Assembly (NCBI GenBank): GCA_035489815.1
Contig: DATHJH010000013.1
Location: forward strand, 1 to 59,537
Direction: 5' to 3'
Length of the DNA stretch: 59,537 bases
Source: Candidatus Limnocylindria bacterium
GTDB lineage: Bacteria; Patescibacteriota; Saccharimonadia; Saccharimonadales; JAGQNK01
The translations under genes were made by a program, and so were the position numbers. The notes below the pieces were generated by a model, which was not told where the DNA came from, ran no database searches, and saw only the letters and a list, made by a program, of their open reading frames with translations. Below, in pieces: positions 27,634 to 36,950 of the stretch (the stretch's first letter is position 1; each line of letters begins with the position of its first letter).

Positions 27634-27777
27634 TTATCCCCGGCTGGCATTCGGTGAGCGCCCGATGCCGAATCCTGTGCTGGAGGCGGGCTCTGTGGTA
27701 CCCATATTAAATTCTTTAAACTTCCGGTTCAGGAAGTCGCTGATCCTGCTGTCGCGCTCGGCTTTTGACAGTATCAT
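27634..27777 (-). CDS. Small protein (47 aa); not in the ORF track
   Basis: MILSKAERDSRISDFLNRKFKEF...; GGAGG RBS. Confidence 0.6.
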   Translation of the reverse strand: MILSKAERDSRISDFLNRKFKEFNMGTTEPASSTGFGIGRSPNASRG

Positions 27778-27840
27778 GGTCGTCCTCCCCCTCAGATTTA
27801 AATTACTATTTACATCTTAAGCATATCTGTAACATCTGGC

Positions 27841-27856
27841 TGTAAAAAACATTACA
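27841..27856. promoter_or_regulatory. Putative Crp/Fnr-family binding site
   Basis: TGTAA-N6-TTACA in the divergent region upstream of the Crp/Fnr gene. Confidence 0.5.
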
Positions 27857-27870
27857 TTTTAAAGTTTTTA

Positions 27871-27906
27871 TAGTAGGTAAACTATGTGTAGTAGGTAAAC
27901 TATGTG
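27871..27906 (+). repeat. Exact 18-bp tandem duplication
   Basis: TAGTAGGTAAACTATGTG x2. Confidence 0.9.
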
Positions 27907-27996
27907 AAGTTAATTAATTGGCCGTGATAGGAGCGCCTTTAATATATTTATGCTTACAGCTACAATAGGGACACCAGCACTAAACAGGGAGCTATT

Positions 27997-28662
27997 TTGC
28001 TAGAGGAAGTTTTTCAGCCATTTTTAAAGACTTTGATGACTAAATCGTTTCGACAGGGAGGCATCTTGATCTACCAAGGTGAGGTTTCCAGGAGTGCCTA
28101 CATCGTAAAATCGGGTATTGTAAAGTTATACAACATCACCGCCCAAGGGGATGAACGCATTGCGGCCTTCAAATTGCCAGGCGACATGTTTCCGACAATC
28201 TGGTCTTTTGAAAAGACGGCAAGCGCCTTTTACTACTACGAGGCCCAGACGGACGGTGAAATGTACGTGACGTCCGCCGAGGCATTTTACAAGTTCTTAC
28301 AGGATAACCCTGCTGCCATGGGTGCTGTAGCGCGCCACTACCTAAGCAACTATGCTGGTTCTTTGATGCGAATCACTGCCCTGGAGCAGCCCAAGGCGTC
28401 TGACAAAGTCCTGTACACGCTCTATTATCTGGCCCAGTGTTACGGCAGAGAGACACGGCCGGATACGGTCCGCATTAACCTGCAGCTCACCCAGCAAATG
28501 GTAGCGGACCTGATTGGCCTCACGCGCGAAACCACGGCGGCTGAACTGGTAAAACTCAAAAAGCGCGGCGTGCTGAAGTACAAAGGCCGCGAATACACCA
28601 TAGATCGTATCAAGCTTATCCAAAACATCGGCGAAGACAACTTCAAAGACCTCCAGACGTGA
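27997..28662 (+). CDS. Crp/Fnr-family transcriptional regulator
   Basis: cNMP-binding domain (IYQGE...YIVKSGIVK, PGDMF) and HTH LTQQMVADLIGLTRETT. Confidence 0.93.
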   Translation: MLEEVFQPFLKTLMTKSFRQGGILIYQGEVSRSAYIVKSGIVKLYNITAQGDERIAAFKLPGDMFPTIWSFEKTASAFYYYEAQTDGEMYVTSAEAFYKFLQDNPAAMGAVARHYLSNYAGSLMRITALEQPKASDKVLYTLYYLAQCYGRETRPDTVRINLQLTQQMVADLIGLTRETTAAELVKLKKRGVLKYKGREYTIDRIKLIQNIGEDNFKDLQT

Positions 28663-28665
28663 TTT

Positions 28666-29034
28666 TTATTTCTTGAGGAGGCTGGTGACAAGCTGGATCA
28701 GTTCCTTAGGGGAAGCCCAAGCCTTGAGCATGTACTTCTCGGCCCCCAGGCGGTAGGCCTCGTCTATTTCATGCTGGGTATCCAGATTGCTGAAGATAAC
28801 GACCTTGACTTTAGGGTGGTCTTTTTTGAGGTTGTATTCTTTCAGGAACTCGACGCCGCCCATGTGGGGCATGCGCAGGTCCAGAAGGATAAGATCCGGT
28901 TCGGTGTCTTCAGTGATCTTGAGTGCTTCTTTGCCATCATAGGCTGCCAGTATCTTGTGACCCTGGTGCTGGAGGATCATTTGGTACGCTTCGTTCAGGT
29001 TTTTTTCGTCTTCGACGATGAGTATTGTAGCCAT
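28666..29034 (-). CDS. Stand-alone response regulator receiver
   Basis: ILIVEDE, PDLILLDLRMPHMGG, YMLKA. Confidence 0.93.
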   Translation of the reverse strand: MATILIVEDEKNLNEAYQMILQHQGHKILAAYDGKEALKITEDTEPDLILLDLRMPHMGGVEFLKEYNLKKDHPKVKVVIFSNLDTQHEIDEAYRLGAEKYMLKAWASPKELIQLVTSLLKK

Positions 29035-29171
29035 TGGAATATATTATACCCTACTTTAAATAGGACCTTCTCACTTTCCCGCACATCCCAGGGTACATCT
29101 GGCCGGGACAAAGACTGCTCAAGGTTGCCGAGGGCAATCAGCCAGATGGGGCATGGGGGAGACGGGAGGTC

Positions 29172-30929
29172 CTAGTACATGGTTTCTGGCCTGTGCAGTT
29201 TAGGTATATGCACCACAAAAGTTGTACCAACGCCCTTGACTGAGCTGACTTCTATAGTTCCACTATGTAGTTTGATGAGCTGCTGGCTTAGGTACAGGCC
29301 AATACCGCTGCCGCTGGTCTGTCTGGAGAGCTCATTGGGGATACGTGAGAAGCGTTGAAAGAGCAACGGGACATCTTCGGCATCTATGCCCACCCCCCTG
29401 TCTTTGATGGTGATGCGGACTTCCTCTTTACCAGCACTGAGTTTAATGTTGGCGGTCGACCCTTCATGCGAGTACTTTAAGGCGTTGCTGATAAGGTTTT
29501 CCAGGGCCATGCGCAAGCAGTGTTCATCGGCCTCGACATAGATTTGCCGCATAGGCATTTGGAGCCGGATTTTTTGGCGGCTTTTTTTGGCGGTAGCCGA
29601 CATTTCCTGGGTGAGCTCCCGCAAGAGTTTGTTCAGGTTTATGCGGCGGGGGGTGAGGACGATGCCCTTGGCGTCTATCTTGGCGACGTAGAGGATTTCG
29701 TTGATGATGTGCAGCTGGCGTTCGTTGCTTTCATAGGCTTTATCCAGAAGGCGCCTCTGCTGCGTAGAGAGCTTGCCGGCAAAACCTTCCAAAACCATAC
29801 CAAGGTATTGCTTGACTGAGGTAGCCGGGGTGCGGAGCTGGTGTGAGGCCAGGGACAGCAGCTCGTCTTTGGCGCTTTGGACTTCCATTTGTTTGGTGTG
29901 ACCGAGCACCCGCGTTCTGGCTACGAGCAGCGTCAGCACAAAGCCAGACAGCAAGAGGCTGAGCATGGTTCCCACCAGCAGTGAACCTATGGGCCGGCTT
30001 TGGGCTGTCTCAGCCACTATGCCGGGTGAAAAGCGAAAGTCCAGTATCCAGCGCCGGCCAAAGAGCTCAATCGGCACCCGATGCTTCAGCGAGGTGCCCG
30101 TGTCCAGAGAGGCAAAGGTGTCTGTTTCATAGAGCAGATTGGCAGTTTCCGGCGAGGTGTCATATACCCGAAAAGCATATTTATCAGTTGTATGGTGCTG
30201 AAGAGCTTGGGCAAAGAAGGCGTCCGCGGCTATTGGCGCATAGACGTATCCCTGGATCCCGCGATCAGCAGATGTCTGCGGTGTAGCGTTGCCGTAGACC
30301 GGCAGGAACATAGAAAATCCACTGCCACTGAGTTTCTTGCCGCTGGAACTCAGGTCCAGCTTGCCGGTAATGGCACTCCTGCCCGTACTTTTAGCCGTCA
30401 TAATAGCGCTTCGCCGCTTTGGCTCCGATAACATATCAAAGCCCAGCCCGCCTACATCAGCTGGTTCAAAATACAAATTGATTACGTACTCCTTGCGTGA
30501 GCCCGGAGGAGTCACGGTGAAATCGGTGAGGCCCTGGCTAAGGGCTGTGTTCACAAGGCCAGGCATGGTGCCCTGATCTGCATGGGCAGCATAGCCCAGG
30601 CCTTGTATGCCCGGGTAGTCGTGCGTGGTGTCAAAGCCAGTGGCAAATTTTTGCCACTCGGCACGTGTAACCTCGTTAGAAGATACAAATAACCCGGAGG
30701 CACCAACGAGTATGAGCTTATAGGTATCAAGCTTGTCCTGGATGCCGCTCTGCGTACTGGTGACCAGTTGGTTGACGGATTTTTGGCGCTCTGCCGTATA
30801 GGCCTCACGGGCGTTGCGCCAGCCCAGCAAGGTTAGACCGAGCATGGTAATAAGCACGGTGCCTGCAGGCAACAGGTGTAGAAAAAAGGTATTAGAAGTA
30901 AGTTTTTTGCGCGTATTTATAAAATACAT
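29172..30929 (-). CDS. CHASE-domain sensor histidine kinase
   Basis: TM-CHASE (PGIQGLGY, GFDMLSEP.RR.A, TGKLDL)-TM, ASHQLRTP H-box, ENLISNALKYS, GSGIGLY. Confidence 0.93.
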   Translation of the reverse strand: MYFINTRKKLTSNTFFLHLLPAGTVLITMLGLTLLGWRNAREAYTAERQKSVNQLVTSTQSGIQDKLDTYKLILVGASGLFVSSNEVTRAEWQKFATGFDTTHDYPGIQGLGYAAHADQGTMPGLVNTALSQGLTDFTVTPPGSRKEYVINLYFEPADVGGLGFDMLSEPKRRSAIMTAKSTGRSAITGKLDLSSSGKKLSGSGFSMFLPVYGNATPQTSADRGIQGYVYAPIAADAFFAQALQHHTTDKYAFRVYDTSPETANLLYETDTFASLDTGTSLKHRVPIELFGRRWILDFRFSPGIVAETAQSRPIGSLLVGTMLSLLLSGFVLTLLVARTRVLGHTKQMEVQSAKDELLSLASHQLRTPATSVKQYLGMVLEGFAGKLSTQQRRLLDKAYESNERQLHIINEILYVAKIDAKGIVLTPRRINLNKLLRELTQEMSATAKKSRQKIRLQMPMRQIYVEADEHCLRMALENLISNALKYSHEGSTANIKLSAGKEEVRITIKDRGVGIDAEDVPLLFQRFSRIPNELSRQTSGSGIGLYLSQQLIKLHSGTIEVSSVKGVGTTFVVHIPKLHRPETMY

Positions 30930-30952
30930 ACACATATCGTAGTACGTATTTG

Positions 30953-31015
30953 GTATTTCGTATAACGTATTAGCTCACAAAAGTGAGCGAAACGACCATA
31001 CGTTATACGAAATAC
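30953..31015. repeat. Perfect 18-bp inverted repeat with an internal hairpin
   Basis: GTATTTCGTATAACGTAT / ATACGTTATACGAAATAC enclosing GCTCAC-AAAA-GTGAGC. Confidence 0.8.
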
Positions 31016-31154
31016 ATGCTACGCTATACGTTTTTATGAAACTTACAAAACACTCTGGTATGACCTCGCACCCCACCTACCCCTGCAGGTCTGCCGAAAG
31101 CTTAGGTGTGGTGGGGTACTGGGTGTTTTGTAGTTGCAATGATTGATTGCTATT

Positions 31155-31724
31155 TTAGTTGTCTTTATCGCGGCCTTTGATGGCTGATTCTATGACATCA
31201 TGCGGCAGAGCGGCTGCAGAAAGCAGCGCATCCCGAACCTTTGACACAGCATCACCGCCGACGTCGGTTGCGGCATCCAGTGCGCCGCCAACGGCTGCCT
31301 TGGCCGCCTCCGCAGTATCGGCGCCAGTGTCACCGGCTGCCTTGATAGCGCCCTGAACGGCCGCTACGGCTGCGCCGCCAACGTCACCCCCGGTGTCTGA
31401 AACACCCTGGACAATGCCATGAGCACCGCCGCGGATGCCAGTTATGACATCGCCGCCCACTTGCGTTACACCGCCAACGATACCGCTCATAGTATTGGCG
31501 GCAGTATCAGTAACCGACATTCCAACCTTACCTGCACTCTGAATAGCGCCGCTGGCTACAGAAGCAATTGACTCAACCGTAGCGCTGCCGACGTCGCCAG
31601 CGCCTTGCAGGACATTCACGACCTGGCTTTTCACGGTACCTGTTACAGCATCCAGTATGTCGTCGACACCCTGAACAGCTGCTACTACGGCATCTGTGGT
31701 TTCGGTAATAATCTGTTTTAACAT
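31155..31724 (-). CDS. Ala/Gly/Val-rich repeat protein of unknown function
   Basis: AAGGAG RBS before MLKQIITE; repeated GGD(V/A)..A(A/V)..A..G units. Confidence 0.75.
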   Translation of the reverse strand: MLKQIITETTDAVVAAVQGVDDILDAVTGTVKSQVVNVLQGAGDVGSATVESIASVASGAIQSAGKVGMSVTDTAANTMSGIVGGVTQVGGDVITGIRGGAHGIVQGVSDTGGDVGGAAVAAVQGAIKAAGDTGADTAEAAKAAVGGALDAATDVGGDAVSKVRDALLSAAALPHDVIESAIKGRDKDN

Positions 31725-31875
31725 ACTGGTCTCCTTTTTTAACTTACTCATCCAAGATACCACACTTCGTGTTTGTTGCCGTGAGGAAGGGGGTTAAAAA
31801 AACTGCATGACATCATAAACATATAAATTATTTGCCAGTCCAGGCAATGTGTTAGGCATCGTGCTCGCGGCTTTC

Positions 31876-32361
31876 TTATTGCCCGAGGTCGTCCAGCATG
31901 CGGGCAAGTTCAGGGGTGGGTAGGGCAGAGCAGTCAATTTTCTTCTGTATGGCAATGATATAGCCCTGTAGAATGCGCTTAATCCGCAAGGCGTCCTGCC
32001 GGCGCAGAAAGCTGACCTGGTAGGGCTTGTCGGTGCTGAAAAACCGGGTAAATATCTTGAGCGAGCCTAAGAATGGCCCCACGTCTGCCATAACATTCAG
32101 AATGTCCTCTATGCGGATGCTTACCACTTCGCCGACGGCGAAGAACTCGCGGTGGGCTATGGTGAGCTTGGCCCGGTCCAGGGTAACGGCATCCGGAAAA
32201 AGGGTGAAAGGAAAGACAGTAGTAGCTGACACCAGTACCTCGCGCGACTTAGTGATGGTCTCGGCCAGCTCCGGCACGATACTGTCAATCATGCGATGTT
32301 TATTAACCCGCGTCGGAGTAGGAAGGATGCTCCCGGTACCTGAGCTAGGGTAACTTTTCAT
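31876..32361 (-). CDS. Conserved-looking hypothetical protein (possibly PH-like)
   Basis: 161-aa ORF, TVFPFTLFPD..TLDR..LTI; function not assignable. Confidence 0.65.
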   Translation of the reverse strand: MKSYPSSGTGSILPTPTRVNKHRMIDSIVPELAETITKSREVLVSATTVFPFTLFPDAVTLDRAKLTIAHREFFAVGEVVSIRIEDILNVMADVGPFLGSLKIFTRFFSTDKPYQVSFLRRQDALRIKRILQGYIIAIQKKIDCSALPTPELARMLDDLGQ

Positions 32362-32483
32362 AGCTTTAACACCTCCTTGTATTATCTACATTAGTCGAAA
32401 AGGGAAAATATGTCTGTAAGTTTTACCCCTCTCCTCCTGCCCCGAAATCCATCATGATCCAGAATCCGGGGATTGAGAGCTTA

Positions 32484-32530
32484 GAACCCATTCCAAGTCT
32501 TTTCACCACGGCCGAGTCCGCCTTTCGGGC
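32484..32530. mobile_element. Truncated GAACC-MITE (subtype 1, one end only)
   Basis: TTA|GAACCCATTCCAAGTCTTTTCACCACGGCCGAG matches the start of copy A. Confidence 0.75.
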
Positions 32531-32601
32531 CTCAAAGAGTTTATGTATTTTTGGCATAAAGAGGTAAACTATAGACTAAGTAACAAATAAGGAGCCGCAC
32601 C

Positions 32602-32946
32602 ATGGACCCAACAGATCAACCTACCAATCAATCTAACGATCCAGCTCAGGAAGACCAGAGTGCAGTTCCAGCCGTACCAGCTGCCCCCCAGGCTGACGGC
32701 GGCCTACCGTCACAGACAGATGACATTGCTCTGCCGGCAGCTGACGTATCGGCCCCGGTTGATGGTTCTCTGAACGTTGATCACCCCGCTGCTGACAGTA
32801 GCGTTAATCCGGTTGGTGCAGTTGACGACCCGGTTAACCCAATTGACCCAATTAACCTGGGGGGCCAGCAAGCCGGGGATTCGGCTGACACTGCTCCGGG
32901 CACTCCCCCTGCTGCCAGCGAAGATGGCGAGTCGGATTCGGTATAG
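32602..32946 (+). CDS. Low-complexity acidic protein
   Basis: AAGGAG RBS; D/P/A-rich 114 aa. Confidence 0.65.
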   Translation: MDPTDQPTNQSNDPAQEDQSAVPAVPAAPQADGGLPSQTDDIALPAADVSAPVDGSLNVDHPAADSSVNPVGAVDDPVNPIDPINLGGQQAGDSADTAPGTPPAASEDGESDSV

Positions 32947-32971
32947 ACAACGGTTGACTTCTAACGAAGGC

Positions 32972-33005
32972 CAGAAACCCCGCAGAGAAATCCGCGGGGT
33001 TTCTG
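32972..33005. terminator. Hairpin between convergent genes
   Basis: CAGAAACCCCGC ... GCGGGGTTTCTG. Confidence 0.7.
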
Positions 33006-33023
33006 ATTAGATATGGGGATGCG

Positions 33024-33677
33024 CTAATTTAAGATGCTGACAGAGCGGGCCAGGATGAGTGCTAAAGTAAAAACCGACACCAGCGCCTGGATGCCCATCA
33101 GGCACTTGGCCTGAGTAGTGATGGGCTTTGCGTCAGCAGGTGCAAAATTGATAGCATTCGTTACCGAAAGGTAGAGGTAGTCAATGAATCCAGGCTGCCA
33201 ATCTGGAAAATCTTTGGGCAAATCCTGTTGGGTAAACTGAAAATCCTTGTCATGCCTGGACCACTTCCGGCCTGTCAGCCCTGGGCTGTCTATCTCCCAG
33301 TACCACAGAGCAAAGACAATGATATTGGTCAGAAAGATTGCCACAGCAGCCATAATCAAGTCCCGCCCGGACAAGGTCAGCCGTTCAGAGATAAGCAGCC
33401 GGGACACCAGGAAAAAGGATATAATATTAGCTACAGAAATAAGTCCAAGCAGCAGTAGTGACAATGTCCGGTAGACAGGGTTTGGGCGAATATGGCGTTT
33501 GCCTGCGCTCATGCCAATGATGATGGACAGGGCAACTTCCGTGCCAACGATGAGGTTATGCGGCCCTAAAGTGAGTTCTGGGTTAATCGCCCATGCCGCA
33601 ACCTGGAGTAGGATAGCCACAAAAAGTGCTCCCTGGGCCAGCCAAAGTTCTGTGCGTGAAATCGGGTGTACTTTCAT
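33024..33677 (-). CDS. DUF1345-like membrane protein
   Basis: ALWYWEID, DFQFTQ, W.PGFIDYLYLSVTN..NFAPAD. Confidence 0.8.
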   Translation of the reverse strand: MKVHPISRTELWLAQGALFVAILLQVAAWAINPELTLGPHNLIVGTEVALSIIIGMSAGKRHIRPNPVYRTLSLLLLGLISVANIISFFLVSRLLISERLTLSGRDLIMAAVAIFLTNIIVFALWYWEIDSPGLTGRKWSRHDKDFQFTQQDLPKDFPDWQPGFIDYLYLSVTNAINFAPADAKPITTQAKCLMGIQALVSVFTLALILARSVSILN

Positions 33678-33795
33678 AGACTTAAACTCATTTTATATCT
33701 CTATGCCGTTTAGAGCTAATTGAACCCAATGGGTTCAGTCAATTCTCCTGCCGGCCAAAACTCTCAGATTTTGCTTATAACAGAGAAGTAGCTGG

Positions 33796-35124
33796 CTACC
33801 TTCCAAGTTTTTTAATGGCTGCCTGAATCTGTGAAAAGTTCTGTATGCCAGCAGCAGGAATGAGGGCTGACTGGCCAGTCGGAGTGGTGTAGCTGGCCAG
33901 CAGATTTTTGCCGTTGATGTCCCGCAAGGTCACGGGCTGTAGCTTGTCCTCGGGTACGCTGGTGAAGAGCCGGTACAGGGGCAGGACTTCGCCGATCTGT
34001 ATGTCAGTTTTAACGTTGTTGCCCGCGGCGTCAAAGATCTTGCCGTTTGTACGCGGGTCAAGGATTAACTTCCAGTCCAGTTCGTTTTTAATGGCCCCAA
34101 AGACCTGTTGCTGGTTTTGGGTGCGGTTAAAGTCTGACAGGGGAAAACCGTAGGAACCATAGGTGGAGCCGCGGGCGCGGGTCAGGCGCAGAGCCGTCTG
34201 GCCGTCTATGGTATGGGTGCCGTTGCTCAGCTTTAGCTTGCCGCCTTGTTCACGGGGGAAGTTTGGGTCGTAGATGCCGCGGGGGTCGGGACTTTTTATG
34301 GTCACACTGACGCCGTCCAGGGCATCCACAACCTCTTTGACTGCAGTGTAGTTGATGAGCGCGTAGTAATGCAGTTCTATGTCCAGGTTGTCGCTGATCA
34401 CTTTTTCCAGCAAGCCCATACCGCCGCGGGGGTAGTCGGTGCCACGGAACTTCATGGTTTCGCCAGCCTGGTAGGCTTCATTGACTTTGGCGGCACCATA
34501 GTCAGGAATGGTCACGTACAGATCACGCGGTACGCTCAGCATGTATCCGGTGTGGCTGTCTTTGTCCAGACTGAGGATAAGGACCGAGTCTGTAAGCAAG
34601 GCTCCGGCATGTCCCGGGTCATCGACAGAGTAGCCCACCAGCAAGATGTTTACTCTGCCGTCCGCAGTCGCTTGCAGTTCGTCCGTGAGTAGTACTTTCC
34701 AGGCATTGTTGGTGCCAAACAGCTTTTTGCTGGCCCCGGAGAAGTTACGAAAATCCCAGGCGGCAACGACTGCAAGAAAAATAAAAGGAACCAGGAAAAG
34801 CAGTATGAGCAGTCTTTTCCAGATTTTACGCTTTTTCCCGGGTGGGGCCTCATCCACGTCCGGCGTCGTAAATTTGGCCGGCTGGTAAGAGGTGGTTGTT
34901 ATAGCGTGGTAGTTCTTAGAACCCATCCAGGATCCTTTCTCCTTGCCGAGACCACTTTTCGGGTGTGAGCCGCTTGTTTTTTGCTCAGAAAGGTACCTAT
35001 CGGTACCTTTCTGAGCAAAAGGCGGGCGGATTGCATGCGAAAACTGGTCGGAGTCAGTGGAAAAGATCCTGGATGGGTTCTTAGGCTGGGGGAGAGGGGT
35101 CTTCTTGGTTTTTTTAGAACCCAT
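33796..35124 (-). CDS. LytR-CpsA-Psr (LCP) family protein with MITE-modified N-terminus
   Basis: RVNILLVG, LTDSVLILS, LSVPRDLYV, ALRLTRAR, DFNRTQNQQ; the ATG at 35124 lies inside a MITE TIR. Confidence 0.92.
   Translation of the reverse strand: MGSKKTKKTPLPQPKNPSRIFSTDSDQFSHAIRPPFAQKGTDRYLSEQKTSGSHPKSGLGKEKGSWMGSKNYHAITTTSYQPAKFTTPDVDEAPPGKKRKIWKRLLILLFLVPFIFLAVVAAWDFRNFSGASKKLFGTNNAWKVLLTDELQATADGRVNILLVGYSVDDPGHAGALLTDSVLILSLDKDSHTGYMLSVPRDLYVTIPDYGAAKVNEAYQAGETMKFRGTDYPRGGMGLLEKVISDNLDIELHYYALINYTAVKEVVDALDGVSVTIKSPDPRGIYDPNFPREQGGKLKLSNGTHTIDGQTALRLTRARGSTYGSYGFPLSDFNRTQNQQQVFGAIKNELDWKLILDPRTNGKIFDAAGNNVKTDIQIGEVLPLYRLFTSVPEDKLQPVTLRDINGKNLLASYTTPTGQSALIPAAGIQNFSQIQAAIKKLGR
34919..35080. 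mobile_element. GAACC-MITE copy B (subtype 1), in frame within the LCP gene
   Basis: 162 bp, TIR GAACCCATCCAGGATC, TTA/TAA duplication on both sides. Confidence 0.95.
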
Positions 35125-35277
35125 TTCAAAACCCCCTCTCTGCTGCAAACCATGTCTGGCGGACCAAATTGCCGTTTTGTTTCGCAGCGTATCTACGGAT
35201 ACGCTTTGTCACAAGAACAACAATTTCGCCCTGCCAGAACATGCTTTTCGCCCTGAAAGGGGATTTGAAATGGGTTC
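35117..35277. mobile_element. GAACC-MITE copy C (subtype 2) at the LCP start
   Basis: 161 bp, TIR GAACCCATTTCAAA, TA on both sides; homologous to 49081-49304. Confidence 0.92.
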
Positions 35278-35334
35278 TACGCATATATTTAGATATTTTT
35301 CCTTTCTTAGCATAGCAAATTTTAGCGAAAAGAC

Positions 35335-35381
35335 TTGACGAACGAGCCAATGCAGATTATCATTCAACTATATGGTTGAAT
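35335..35381 (+). promoter_or_regulatory. Promoter and autoregulatory operator of the ArsR operon
   Basis: TTGACG-17 nt-TATCAT; palindrome ATTCAAC-TATATG-GTTGAAT (35362-35381) over the ATG. Confidence 0.75.
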
Positions 35382-35695
35382 ATACTGCAAACCTGGATTT
35401 AATCTTTCAGTCACTGGCCGACCCCACCCGGCGGGATATTTTAGCCCATGTTTCCAAACAATCGATGTCCGTTGGCGAGATTGCCAAATTTTACGACCTG
35501 ACATTTGCAGCCGTTTCCAAACACCTGAAGGTAATGGAAAAGGCAAAGCTGGTTAGCAAACAGCGGCGCGGAAAGGAGCGAATCGTGACGGCAGCACCCA
35601 GCACGCTTCATGACGCCTCAGACTATCTAAAGCGCTACGAAGCCATGTGGAATGAGCGTTTCGACGCATTGGATGAGTATTTAAAAGGTAACTAA
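35372..35695 (+). CDS. ArsR/SmtB-family regulator
   Basis: IFQSLADPTRRDIL, VSKHLKVMEKAKLV..RRGKER. Confidence 0.93.
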   Translation: MVEYTANLDLIFQSLADPTRRDILAHVSKQSMSVGEIAKFYDLTFAAVSKHLKVMEKAKLVSKQRRGKERIVTAAPSTLHDASDYLKRYEAMWNERFDALDEYLKGN

Positions 35696-35705
35696 AGGAG
35701 GAAGT

Positions 35706-36188
35706 ATGGCAGAAACAAGAACTTTGACATTGGAACGGGTATTTGATGCGCCCGTAGAAAAAGTTTGGGCAGCTTGGACTGAAGCAGAGCGAATTGGCAA
35801 ATGGTGGGGGCCGAAAGGTTTTACGTCGAGCGATAACAAGATTGATCTGCGTGTCGACGGACGGAATAACCTGCATATGCATGCGCCAGCGGAATTTGGC
35901 GGACAGGACACGTACAGTGGCGGCAAATATAAAGAGATCGTATCACTGAAGAAAATTGTCGTGACCGATGAGTTCACCGACAAAGACGGCAAAAAAGTAT
36001 CACCCGGTATCTATGGGATGCCAGATGATTTTCCACAGTCGCTCGTAACCGTGGAATTCGATGCGTTGCCGGACGGGAAGACAAAGCTCACCGTGACACA
36101 TGCCGGCCTGCCAGCGGGGGAAATGTCCGATCAGACATCTGCTGGCTGGAACGAGTCGCTCGATAAATTGGCGGAAAGTTTAAGGTAA
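35706..36188 (+). CDS. SRPBCC/Aha1-domain protein
   Basis: LTLERVFDAPVEKVWAAWT, WWGP, GWNESLDKL. Confidence 0.9.
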   Translation: MAETRTLTLERVFDAPVEKVWAAWTEAERIGKWWGPKGFTSSDNKIDLRVDGRNNLHMHAPAEFGGQDTYSGGKYKEIVSLKKIVVTDEFTDKDGKKVSPGIYGMPDDFPQSLVTVEFDALPDGKTKLTVTHAGLPAGEMSDQTSAGWNESLDKLAESLR

Positions 36189-36197
36189 GCCAAAGTC

Positions 36198-36428
36198 ATG
36201 TCATTCCAGGCATATCTGGATAACATAGAGGCCAAGACCGGCAAGACGCCGAGCGAGTTCATTGCAGAGGCGAAGGCAAAGAACCTGATCGAGCACAAGG
36301 ACATACTTGAATGGCTCAAAAGTGATTACGATCTCGGTACAGGCCATGCCCGGGCTATCGCCGAGCTCATTCGCCATGGTGACACATCTGGTACATTAAA
36401 GCTTAACGGTAACAAGAAGGAGAAATAA
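36198..36428 (+). CDS. DUF4287-like protein
   Basis: MSFQAYLDNIEAKTGK, WLKSDYDLGTGHA. Confidence 0.85.
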   Translation: MSFQAYLDNIEAKTGKTPSEFIAEAKAKNLIEHKDILEWLKSDYDLGTGHARAIAELIRHGDTSGTLKLNGNKKEK

Positions 36429-36429
36429 T

Positions 36430-36939
36430 ATGCAAAAGATAACACCATCGCTGTGGTTCGACAAAGAGTGCGAAGAAGCAATAAACTTCTACATTGACAC
36501 TTTCAACGGCGCGCCCAGCAAGAAACAGGAGTCAAAGATCGTCAGCATCATGCGCTACGAAAAGGGCATGGAAGCCCCCGGGGCCGATCAAATGGAGGGC
36601 AAGATCATTACCGCGATCTTTGAACTGGCCGGACAGCAGTTCATGGCACTCGACGGCGGCCCGATCTTCAAATTCAATGAGTCCATTTCGTTTCAAATCG
36701 AATGCCAAGACCAGGCTGAGGTAGATTACTTCTGGGGGAAGATGTCAGCAGTGCCGGAGTCTGAACAATGCGGTTGGATCAAAGACAAGTACGGTCTTTC
36801 CTGGCAAATCATCCCGAAGCGTATGGGCGAACTACTGGGCGATTCTGACAAGAAAAAAGCCCTTGCTGCAACCAATGCCATGTTGAAAATGCACAAAATC
36901 GACGTCGCAGAACTCGAAAAAGCATTTAACGAAGCTTAG
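36430..36939 (+). CDS. VOC-family (PhnB-like) protein
   Basis: MQKITPSLWFD, ALDGGP.FKFNESIS, QCGWIKDKYGLSWQI. Confidence 0.92.
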   Translation: MQKITPSLWFDKECEEAINFYIDTFNGAPSKKQESKIVSIMRYEKGMEAPGADQMEGKIITAIFELAGQQFMALDGGPIFKFNESISFQIECQDQAEVDYFWGKMSAVPESEQCGWIKDKYGLSWQIIPKRMGELLGDSDKKKALAATNAMLKMHKIDVAELEKAFNEA

Positions 36940-36950
36940 GAGGAGAAGAA

